This document shows positions 1 through 11,100 of a DNA stretch of 64,000 nt, piece by piece. How positions within the stretch are numbered: position 1 is the first letter of the stretch; each line of letters starts with the position of its first letter. Below the pieces are notes generated by a model, which saw nothing but the letters and a program-made list of their open reading frames with translations, had not been told where the DNA came from and made no database searches. Made by a program: the position numbers and the translations under genes. The stretch spans positions 101,868,001 through 101,932,000 of the forward strand of contig NC_086097.1 in NCBI RefSeq assembly GCF_963921235.1, read 5' to 3'. The DNA comes from Mobula hypostoma. Lineage: Eukaryota.

Positions 1-657
1 GTGGAAGAATGAAAAGGTGGGAGGAGCGTCAGAGGGAGGTGATGGGAAGGGGATAAGGTGAGAGAGGGAAAAGGAGATGGGGAATCGTGAAGGGGAGGTG
101 GGGCATTACCAGAAGTTCGAGAAATCAATATTCATGCCATCAGGATGGAGGCTTCTCAGACGGAATATAAGATGTCGTTCCTCCAACCTGAGTGTGGCCT
201 CATCGTGACGGTGGAGGAGACCATGAATTGACATATCGGAATGGGAATGGGAAGTGGAATTAAAATGGGCAGCCACTGGGAGATCCCACTTTTTCTGGTG
301 GACAGAGACAGTGCTCAGTGAAGCAGTCTCCCAGTCTACGTCGGGTCTCACCGATATACCGGAGGTCACCAGGAGCAATCAGCGCAACAGGCTCACATGT
401 TAAATGTCACCTCACTTGTTCACACCCACCCGCCACTTTCTGCTTTTCACAGGGATCGTTCCCGACACAACTCCTTTGTCCATTCGTCACTCCCCACTGA
501 TCTCCCTCCCGGCACTTACCCTTGCGAGTGTAACAAGTGCTACACCTGCCCCGACACCTCCTCCCTCACAATCATTCAGGGCCCTAAACAGTCCTTCCAG
601 GTGAGGCGACACTTCACCTGTGGGTCTGATGGGGTCATTTACTGTGTCCGGTGCTCA
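1..657. mobile_element. Penelope-like element fragment with 5' inversion (GIY-YIG C-terminus on -, Cys-rich linker on +)
   Basis: ORF 106-378(-) PVAAHFNSTSHSHSDMSIHGLL..RLEERHLIFRL..GMNIDFSNF; ORF 397-690(+) PCECNKCYTC..FTCGSDGVIYCVRCS. Confidence 0.85.
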
Positions 658-1998
658 CTTTTTCTTTTGTTGGGGTGTATGGGGTGTTGAGAGAGGGGTT
701 GCACCTCTGGTGAAGGGTCTGTCATGTCTGTTCCAAGGCAGCTCACTCATCTTTGGTCCCCAACAGACACTCATCTCTCACCTGACCTCCAAGTTGTGAC
801 TGACCAGGTGAGGATAGCCAGAGGTCTCGTGTCCTGGTGAGATAGGGACATGCCTGTCCTAGAAAGTGAAATCAGCTCCAGTGGAGGGGCGGAAGAGATC
901 TCAATGGACAGGAGGCAGCTCAATGCTCTGTGTCAAACAGGGGGCAGGACAAGGCACAGACGTGGCCATGGTCACCCACTGTAACCAAGGAAGATCCAGT
1001 TATAACCTGGACTTGGATTTCTGAGGTCAAGAGAGTGGAACTACCCTAATGCAATGGCTTTTCCACTTTAAAAATTCTCCCACACAGGTTTCCTGTCATC
1101 ATGGGGCATAATAGACAACCACCATCTATTTCTGACTGAAAGTTATATTTTTTTTTAATATTTATGTATTGCAATGTACTGCTGGCACAAAACAACAAAT
1201 TTCCCAACCAGTGACATTAAACTTGCTTCTGACTCTGCCCTGACAGTTAATGAAATGCTGCATGATCATTCACTGATTGCTGATTGTAAAGGGACCTCAG
1301 GGTCTACCTCTTCACAGAGTGTGGTCAGGATATGGAACCAGCTGCCAGAGGAAGTTGTTATGCCAATCCAATACAACATTTAAAAGACACTTTGATTTGA
1401 CAGGAACATGGATAGGAAGGATTTAGAGGGATAGGGGTCAAACACAGGCAAAAGGACATCCCCCCTTATCGCACCCCCATTGGGCAGGACATATTAAAGC
1501 ACATATACTAAGCCTAAGGGAGCTTCTACCCTGCTATTATAAGGCCGTAAGACACAGAAACAGAATTAGGCCATTTGATAAATTGAGTCTGCTCACTGTC
1601 CAATCATGCCTGATTTGTTTTCAACCCCATTCTCTTGCCTGCTCCCGATAACCCTTAACCCTTCACCTATGAAGAATGTATCAACCTCTGCCATAAATAC
1701 ACTAGTGACTTTGTATCTATGCAACATCCCCCACCCCCAACATCACCAGATTCACAACCCTCTGGCTAAAGAAATTCCTCCTCATCTCAGTTTTAAATGG
1801 ACACCACCTCAGAATCTAGACTCTCCTACTAATGGAAACATTCTCTCTATGTGCATTTTATCCTGACTTTTCAGTATCCTCATGAAGGGTCTCAACACAA
1901 AATGCTTTATTCCTCTCCATTGATGCTGCCTAACCTCCTGCTGAGTTCCTCCAGCATTTTGTGTGTGTTGCCCTTCCAGTATCCAAAAGGTTTCAATC

Positions 1999-2031
<33 letters not shown>
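1999..2031. repeat. (CG)n(CA)n microsatellite
   Basis: cgcgcgcgcacacacaca... visible. Confidence 0.9.
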
Positions 2032-3251
2032 CCTTCTGAACTCCATCAAATATAAGTGTGGAGACATAAAACATCCTGCTGTTAAGCCTTTCGTTCCAGG
2101 GATCATTCTTGTGAACCTTTGGACCCAGTCCAGGGCCAGCACATCCTTCCCTAGTTACAGAGGCCAAGATTGCTCAAGATATTCCAAATGTGGTCCTAAC
2201 AGCTTCAACGGTTCATATCACTTTTATTTTCTAGTCATCTTGAAGACTATTTATTGATCCCTTGTACAATAAGATGTTCTCTTGACTCTACCTCACACTG
2301 GCCTTGCATCTTCTGGCTGCCTGGACTGCAATTTTACTGTAACTATATCACTCTCCCCAGCTACCAGCTCCATGTGATCCGATTACATATCATAGGTAAT
2401 GTGATCTGATTAGGTGAAATGCAAATCAAAGTTTTCCACTGTACCTGTGCCATTAAAAACCAATGTGGTATCTTGGTTGGTGTGGCCTGTTTCCATGTGG
2501 TCTCTATAGCTCTAGATCAGCGATTCACGGACCCCTGCTCGCGGGTGGCAGTCCACAGCATGAAGAAGGTTGGGAGCCGCTGTTCTTGGACATTCCTTGA
2601 ATATATTATTTTGTGGAGACTTACTCAGACTTTCTGGATTCTTGCTATTCCCCAGCTTTCACCTGATCCCTGTACAGACTAGCGGGCCTTATAACTGAGA
2701 TTTCACCCTTCCTCCGCCTCTGGCCTCTGGCCTCTTCCTAGTGTGAGGCACATGAGGAGTCAGGAGTTAGGCCCATGTGCAGCATTAATCCGCATCATTG
2801 GTGGGTCAAAGGGTCAAAATGCTCTAAATTGAGGAATCGGTTTACTATTGTCCCATTTACCAAGTTATGGTGTAAAAAGACAGTTGCACACGCCATCCAG
2901 ACAGATTATCACATCGATACCTTGAGGCAGTATGTATGCTTTTCTCGCCCTTGCCTATCATTTGCATCAGCGAGCTGGGTCCTCTACACCGAAATTCGCT
3001 CCCCTAACTCAGGGGCCCGCCTCTGCCCACTTTTAGTAACCTGTCTTTATATCAAACCCATTTCTCAGCCAACTGAATGTGATGGTAATTTTCTGCTCGG
3101 TAAGACATCTGTGAGTAAACACCCTTCAGTTCAGCTTTTGTCGCCTCATCACTTTAGAAAAAGCACAGACGAGGCACAAAAGTTTAGAGATTCTACATCC
3201 AGAGCGCTCTTCGCGGTGATTGTCTGGACATTTGTCCACAGCACACGGCCA

Positions 3252-5676
3252 ACCTCCAAACGCGTACAGACCTCCAAACCCGTACAGACCACAAAACCCG
3301 TACAAAGCACAAAACCCGTACAGACCTCCAAACCCGTACAGACCACAAAACCCGTACAGACCACAAAACCCGTACAGACCTCCAAACCCGTACAGACCTC
3401 CAAACCCGTACAGACCACAAAACCCGTACAGAGCACAAAACCCGTACAGACCACAAAACCCGTACAGAGCACAAAACCCGTACAGACCTCCAAACCCGTA
3501 CAGACCTCCAAACCCGTACAGAGCACAAAACCCGTACAGAGCACAAAACCCGTACAGACCTCCAAACCCGTACAGACCTCCAAACCCGTACAGACCACAA
3601 AACCCGTACAGACCACAAAACCCGTACAGACCACAAAACCCGTACAGAGCACAAAACCCGTACAGACCTCCAAACCCGTACAGAGCACAAAACCCGTACA
3701 GACCTCCAAACCCGTACAGACCTCCAAATCCGTACAGAGCACAAAACCCATACAGACCTCCAAACCCGTACACACCTCCAAACCAGTACACACCTCCAAA
3801 CCAGTACACACCTCCAAACCAGTACACACCTCCAAACCCGTACAGACCACAAAACCCGTACACACCTCCAAACTAGTACACACCTCCAAACCAGTACACA
3901 CCTCCAAACCCGTACACACCTCCAAACCCGTACACACCTCCAAACCCGTACACACCTCCAAACCCGTACAGAGCACAAAACCCGTACAGACCACAAAACC
4001 CGTACAGACAACAAAACCCGTACAGAGCACAAAACCCGTACAGACCTCCAAACCCGTACAGACCTCCAAACCCGTACAGAGCACAAAACCCGTACAGAGC
4101 ACAAAACCCGTACAGACCTCCAAACCCGTACACACCTCCAAACCCGTACAGACCACAAAACCCGTACAGACCACAAAACCCGTACAGACCACAAAACCCG
4201 TACAGAGCACAAAACCCGTACAGACCTCCAAACCCGTACAGAGCACAAAACCCGTACAGACCTCCAAACCCGTACAGACCTCCAAATCCGTACAGAGCAC
4301 AAAACCCGTACAGACCTCCAAACCCGTACACACCTCCAAACCAGTACACACCTCCAAACCAGTACACACCTCCAAACCCGTACAGACCACAAAACCCGTA
4401 CACACCTCCAAACTAGTACACACCTCCAAACCAGTACACACCTCCAAACCAGTACACACCTCCAAACCCGTACACACCTCCAAACCAGTACACACCTCCA
4501 AACCCGTACACACCTCCAAACCCGTACACACCTCCAAACCAGTACACACCTCCAAACCAGTACACACCTCCAAACCCGTACAGACCACAAAACCCGTACA
4601 CACCTCCAAACCAGTACACACCTCCAAACCCGTACAGACCACAAAACCCGTACACACCTCCAAACCAGTACACACCTCCAAACCAGTACACACCTCCAAA
4701 CCCGTACACACCTCCAAACCCGTACACACCTCCAAACCAGTACACACCTCCAAACCAGTACACACCTCCAAACCCGTACACACCTCCAAACCCGTACACA
4801 CCTCCAAACCAGTACACACCTCCAAACCCGTACACACCTCCAAACCCGTACAGACCTCCAAACCCGTACACACCTCCAAACCCGTACAGACCACAAAACC
4901 CGTACACACCTCCAAACCCGTACAGACCACAAAACCCGTACAGACCTCCAAACCCGTACAGAGCACAAAACCCGTACAGACCTCCAAACCCGTACAGAGC
5001 ACAAAACCCGTACAGACCTCCAAACCCGTACAGACCTCCAAACCCGTACAGACCTCCAAACCCGTACAGACCTCCAAACCCGTACAGAGCACAAAACCCG
5101 TACAGAGCACAAAACCCGTACACACCTCCAAACCCGTACACACCTCCAAACCCGTACAGAGCACAAAACCCGTACAGACCTCCAAACCCGTACAGACCTC
5201 CAAACCCGTACAGACCTCCAAACCCGTACAGACCTCCAAACCCGTACACACCTCCAAACCAGTACACACCTCCAAACCAGTACACACCTCCAAACCCGTA
5301 CAGACCACAAAACCCGTACACACCTCCAAACCCGTACAGACCTCCAAACCCGTACAGACCTCCAAACCCGTACAGACCTCCAAACCCGTACAGAGCACAA
5401 AACCCGTACAGAGCACAAAACCCGTACAGAGCACAAAACCCGTACACACCTCCAAACCCGTACACACCTCCAAACCCGTACAGACCTCCAAACCCGTACA
5501 GACCTCCAAACCCGTACAGACCTCCAAACCCGTACACACCTCCAAACCAGTACACACCTCCAAACCAGTACACACCTCCAAACCCGTACAGACCACAAAA
5601 CCCGTACACACCTCCAAACCCGTACAGACCTCCAAACCCGTACAGACCTCCAAACCCGTACAGACCTCCAAACCCG
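3252..5676. repeat. 18-bp minisatellite (AAACCCGTACAGACCTCC and variants), ~135 copies, in GALNT16 intron 1
   Basis: Directly visible tandem array with a few interspersed unit variants. Confidence 0.97.
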
Positions 5677-6291
5677 CTCTGTGCGCACCGGCTGCACACG
5701 CTGCGTTGGAACTGGTTTCAACAACACACCGCCGTTAAATTCAAATGGTAAAATATGCTGCCGGGGCAACTCAGCAAGTCCGACAGCGTCCACAGCAGGT
5801 AATAAACAGTCGACGCTTCGGGCCGAGACCCTTCAACGGGCTTCCATGGATGCTGAGTTCCTCCACATTTGTTGATCAAGATTTCCAGATATTTGCAGAA
5901 TCTGTGTCCTGAATTGCGACGGGATTTGTGTCCGTAGCAAGTGCAGTGGTAACCGTTTGCATTATGCACAGCATACGCGATTTGCAACATATTAGATGTG
6001 TCGCCTTCTGTGCTTCAGAATGATCGCCAAGCTCGCGGATCTCCCTCTCACGACCCTCGCCCTCCCTCCCATCCCCGTCCCGGCCCCATCCAACACGCAT
6101 GAAGCACAATCGCCACAGCCGCATTACGCCGCCAGAGACAACGAACTAAAAATCGGCAAAGCTTAAAAATAAGAGCATTAAAAAAGATGAATGAGACGAA
6201 AAACAAAAGATGTGGTAGTCAGTGAAGAGAGGGATGATAGATAACGGGTAGAGACGAGGGGAGAGGGATAATAAATAATGGGTGCGGGTAG

Positions 6292-6480
6292 AGAGAGAAT
6301 GGGTGGGGGGTTAGAGAGAGAATGGGTGGGGGGTTAGGGACATAATGGGTGGGGTTAGAGAGAGAATGGGTGGGGGGTTAGAGAGAGAATGGGTGGGGGT
6401 TAGAGAGAGAATGGGTGGGGGGGTTACAGAGAGAATTGGTGGGGGGGTTACAGAGAGAATTGGTGGGGGTTAGAGAGATA
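6292..6480 (+). repeat. ~22-bp G-rich tandem repeat (GAGAGAGAATGGGTGGGGGTTA), potential G-quadruplex
   Basis: About 8 imperfect copies with runs of 3-8 G. Confidence 0.75.
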
Positions 6481-6972
6481 ATGGATCGGCGGTAGAGAGA
6501 GATAATGGATGGTGGGGAGGTAATGGAACAGAGGACAATGGAGATACAGAGAGCGCATCGTGGGGAGGTGAAAGAGAGGATTAGACGTTAACAGAGTCAG
6601 GAGGAAAGTAACGGAGAGAACGAGTGGGCCTCATTGTGAGAACAGAACAGAAGGGGACAGGGAGGGACAGATGGAAAGGGGACAGTGAGGAGAGAGGGGG
6701 TGTTTGTGGGGAAGGCGCGGAGACGGTGGGAAGAGAGAGCGGTGTTGGTAGGGAGAGAAACGGGCGGTGGGGAGAGAAAGGGGATACTGGAGAGAGAGGG
6801 GGTGTTGGTGGAGAGAGAGGGGTGTTGATGGAGAGAGAGGGGGTGTTGGGGGAGAGAGGGGGCTGTTGGTGGGGAGATAGAGTGAATGGAGGGAGAGTGG
6901 TGGAGGAAAAAAGGAACCACTGGGATGGTTGACGCTCCCGCCCCGAAAGCACCCCGCTGCCGATCCACTCAC

Positions 6973-7146
6973 CGCCTGCCAGCCGCCGGCGACCTGCCCG
7001 GGGTGCTGGGGCTGCCGCTGATGCAAGGGCTCCCCGGGGCCGTGCACCGCTGGACGGGGCTTGCCCCCTTGCCACAGATAGTAGAACAAACCGAGGATCC
7101 AGGCAACGGTGAGCAGGGCGGCGGCGTTCACCCGCACCCTTCGCAT
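6973..7146 (-). CDS. GALNT16: Coding exon 1 of polypeptide N-acetylgalactosaminyltransferase 16 (58 codons; cytoplasmic tail, TM helix, start of stem); gene continues beyond position 1
   Basis: Translates MRRVRVNAAALLTVAWILGLFYYLWQGGK...WQA, closely resembling the GALNT16 N-terminus as I recall it (MRKIRANAIAILTVAWILGTFYYLWQ). ATG context CCACGATG (A at -3). Phase-0 donor GCG|GTGAGT at 6972-6967. Confidence 0.9.
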
Positions 7147-7839
7147 CGTGGGCTGGACGCTGCCTCTCAGCCTCCTGCCCCTCACACCCTGGTCGGCAAA
7201 GCACCGCTGCAGAGTGCAGACACAGCCGTGCTGGCAACCGCCGGGTCCTAACGCGCGCCATCGCATCATTTCAATGCATTCTCACAGTCCTGCTTCGGAT
7301 AACACCGCAGCTGAGGTCACGTCTTTAAAAGTGCCTTTATTCTTGAACCATCCTAATGTCCTGCACCATTCGCAGCGGAATCCCTCTCCCTTCATTCCTA
7401 ATGAATCCCTGTTCCTCTATTCCGAATCCAGTTCCAGTGTACTTTCAACCCATTCCGAATCCCTCTCAAACGAGAAAAAATCTGCAGATGCTGGAAATCC
7501 GAACAAAATGCTGGAGGAACTCAGCAGGCCAGGCAGCATCTATGGAAAAGAGTGCAGTCAACGTTTCTGGCAGAGATCCTTCCAAGATGCTGAGCTCCTC
7601 CAGTATTTTGTGTGCGTTGCCTAACCCATCCCAATGTCTTTTCTCCATTCCCAGTGAATCCCCATCTCTCCATTCATTTCCAACTCATCCTAATATCCAG
7701 TCATTTCAGTCCCAATTAATTCCTGCCCCTGCACTATATTCCCAAACCATCCAAGTAAATGATCACTCCATTTTCGGAGGATTCCCCTTCCTCTGCTGCA
7801 CTCTGAGCCCTTTCCGATGTCTTCGCTTTTCACTCTGAA

Positions 7840-8090
7840 GTAGATAGACCCTGTTCACGGTGTGCCTGCTGATTACGGCGCTCAGCTCCTCTGGTGCACG
7901 CCTGATGTTGGCTTGAGGCGGAATGTACACCACTGCCAGGATGATGGCGGGAAAGCGCCCTCGGCACATAAAAGGAACGTTTGACTGCAAGATGTTCCAT
8001 GTCTAGTGAATAGGACTGAGGTAGAGCCGCCACGACTGTGCACCATAATGAGTTAATCATAAAGCACACTCCCTCTCAAGAGTACCGGAA
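7840..8090 (-). mobile_element. Rex1/Babar-type LINE endonuclease fragment
   Basis: AIILAVVYIPPQAN motif in ORF 7763-7990(-). Confidence 0.6.
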
Positions 8091-8199
8091 CAGTTGGCGG
8101 AGATATTGAGGAGACAGCTGTTGGTAAGATGTTGCAACAATTTTAGGTCCTTTCTTCGGCAGGAGTTGATTCTGGCCATGTTGCAACATCAGATGTTGG

Positions 8200-11100
8200 T
8201 AAGACCTCAGACAAATTTAGGAATCAAAAGGTTGAGCGTTGTGCGACAAAATCGAAATGGGTGAATACAGGACTGAAAGTGCTGTATCTGAATGTGCACG
8301 GTATACGGAATAAGGGAGTGAACTTGCAGCACAGTTGCAGATTGGCAGGTATGATGTTGCTGGCATCACTGGATCATGGCTGGAAGATTATAGCTGGGAG
8401 CTTATTGTTCAGGGATGCACATTGTATCAAAGGGGCAGGCAGGGAGGCAGAGGGGGTGGCGTTGTTCTGTTGGTAAGAAAATGAAATCAAATCATTAGAA
8501 AGAGGTGACATAGGATCAGAAGGTGTTGAATCATTGTGGATAGAGCTAAGGAACAGCAAGGGTAAAAAGACCCTGATGGGGGTTGTATACAGACCCCCAA
8601 ACAGTGGTAAGGATGTGGTCTACAAATTACAATGGGAGATGGAAAATGCATGCCAAAAGGACAATGTTACAATAGTCATGAGGGTCTTCAATATGCAGGT
8701 AGATTGGGAAAATCTGGATGGTACTGGATTCAGGAGGAGAAATTTCTAGAGTGCCTACAAGATGGCTTTCTAGAGCAGCTTGTGGTTGAGCCCACTAGAG
8801 GATCAGCTTTTCTGGATTGGGTGTTGTGCAATGAACTAGAATTGATTGGAGAGCTTAAGGTAAAAGAAGTCTTTCACATAAAGTGATCATAATATAATCA
8901 AATTCACTCTGAATTTTGAAAGGAGAAGCTAAAGTCAGATGTATCAGTATTCTAATGGAGTGAAGGAAATTACAGAGGCCTGAGAGAGGAGCTGGCCAGA
9001 ATTGATTGGAAAAGAACACTGGCAGGGATGATGGCAGAGCTGCAACAGCTGGAATTTCTGGAAGCAATTTGTAAGGCACAGGATGCATATAACCATATAA
9101 CAATTACAGCACAGAAACAGGCCATCTCGGCCCTTCTAGTCCATGCCGAAGTCTTATTCTCACCTAGTCCCACCAACTTGCACTCAGCCCATAACCCTCC
9201 ATTCCTTTCCTGTCCATATATCTATCCAATTTAACTTTAAACAACAACATCGATCCTACCTCAACCACTTCTGCTGGAAGCTCGTTCCACACAGCTACCA
9301 CTCTCTGAGTAAAGAAGTTGCCCCTAATGTTACCCCTAAACCTTTGTCCTTTAACTCTCAACTCATGTCCTCTTGTTTGAATCTCCCCCACTCTCAATGG
9401 AAAAAGCCTATCCACATCAACTCTATCTGTCCCCCTCATAATTTTAAATGTCTCTTATCAAGTCCCCCCTCAACCTTCTACACTCCAAAGAATAAAGACC
9501 CAACTTATTCAACCCGTAACTTAGGAGATGAAACCCAGGCAACATTCTAGTAAATCTCCTCTGTATTCTCTCAATTTTATTGACATCTTTCCTATAATTC
9601 GGTGACCAGAACTGTACACAATACTCCAAACTTTGCCTTACTAATGCCTCATACAATTTCAACATTACATCCCAACTCCTATACTCAATGCTCTAATTTA
9701 TAAAGGCCAGCATACCAAAAGCTTTCTTCACCACCCTATCCAAATGAGATTCCACCTTCAGGGAACTATGCACCATTATTCCTAGATCCCTTTGTTCTAC
9801 TGCATTCTTCAATGTCCTACCATTTACCATGTATGTCCTATTTTGATTAGTCCTACCAAAATGTAGCACCTCACATTTATCAGCATTAAACTCTATCTGC
9901 CATCTTTCAGCCCACTCTTCTAACTGGCCTAAATCTCTCTGCAAGCTTTGAAAACTTACTTCATTATCCACAACTCCACCTATCTTAGTATCATCTGCGT
10001 ACTTACTAATCCAATTTACCATCCCATCATCCAGATCATTAATATATATGACGAACAACATTGGACCCAGTACAGATCCCTGAGGCACACCATTAGACAC
10101 TGTCCTCCAATCTGACAAATAGTTATCCACCACTACTCTCTGGTGTCTCCCATCCAGCCACTGCTGAATCTATTTTACTACTTCAATAGTAATACCTAAT
10201 GATTGAACCTTCCTAACTAACCTTCTGTGTGGAACCTTGTCAAAGGCCTTACTGAAGTCCATATAGACAACATCCACCGCTTTAAACTCGTCAACTTTCC
10301 GAGTAACCTCATCAAAAAATTCAATAAGATTTGTCAAACATGACCTTCCACACACAAATCCATGTTGCCTGTTCCTAATCAGACCCTGTCTATCCAGATA
10401 ATTATATATACCATCTCTAAGAATACATTCCATCAATTTACCCATCACTGACGTCAAACTCACAGGCCGATAATTGCTAGGTTTACTCTTAGAACCCTTT
10501 TTAAACAATGGAACAACATGAGCAATATGCCAATCCTCTGGCACCATCCCCATTTCCAATGACATTTGAAATATTTCTGTCAGAGCCCCTGCTATTTCCA
10601 CACTAACTTCCCTCAAGGTCCTAGGTAATATCCTGTCAGGACCCGGAGACTTATCCACTTTTATATTCCTTAAAAGTGCCAGTACTTCCTCTTCTTTAAT
10701 CATCATACTTTCCATAACTACCCTTTTTGCTTCCTTTACCTTACACAATTCAATATCCTTCTCCTCAGTGAATACCGAAGAAAAGAAATTGTTCAAAATC
10801 TCCCTCCCCGCCATCACTTTTGGCTCCGCACATAGCCATCCACTCTGATTCTCTAAGGGACCAATTTTATCCCTCACTATCCTTTTGCTATTAATATAAT
10901 GGTAGAAACTCTTTAGATTTATTTTCACCTTACTTGCCAAAGCAGCCTCATATCTTCTTTTATCTTTTCTAATTTCTTTCTTAAGATTTTTTTTACATTC
11001 TTTATATTCCTCCAGCACCTCATTTACTCCAAGCTCCCTCTCTTTTTCCCAACCAACTGTCCAATATCCCTTGAAAACCATGGCTCTCTCAAACTTTTAA

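Larger units (their letters stand above)
5660..7330. promoter_or_regulatory. CpG-rich region around exon 1 (probable CpG-island promoter/first exon)
   Basis: Visibly high CpG density at 5660-6150 and 6930-7330, compared with the CpG-depleted remainder; overlaps the first coding exon. Confidence 0.6.

Noticed and set aside
3126..5793. Long minus-strand ORFs (CTGLEV)n, (VRVWRS)n, (YGFGGL)n
   Set aside because: By-products of a stop-free 18-bp repeat in an intron; no independent evidence of coding.
6631..6972. Continuation of the 212-aa ORF past exon 1
   Set aside because: Runs through a consensus GTGAGT donor into low-complexity intronic sequence.
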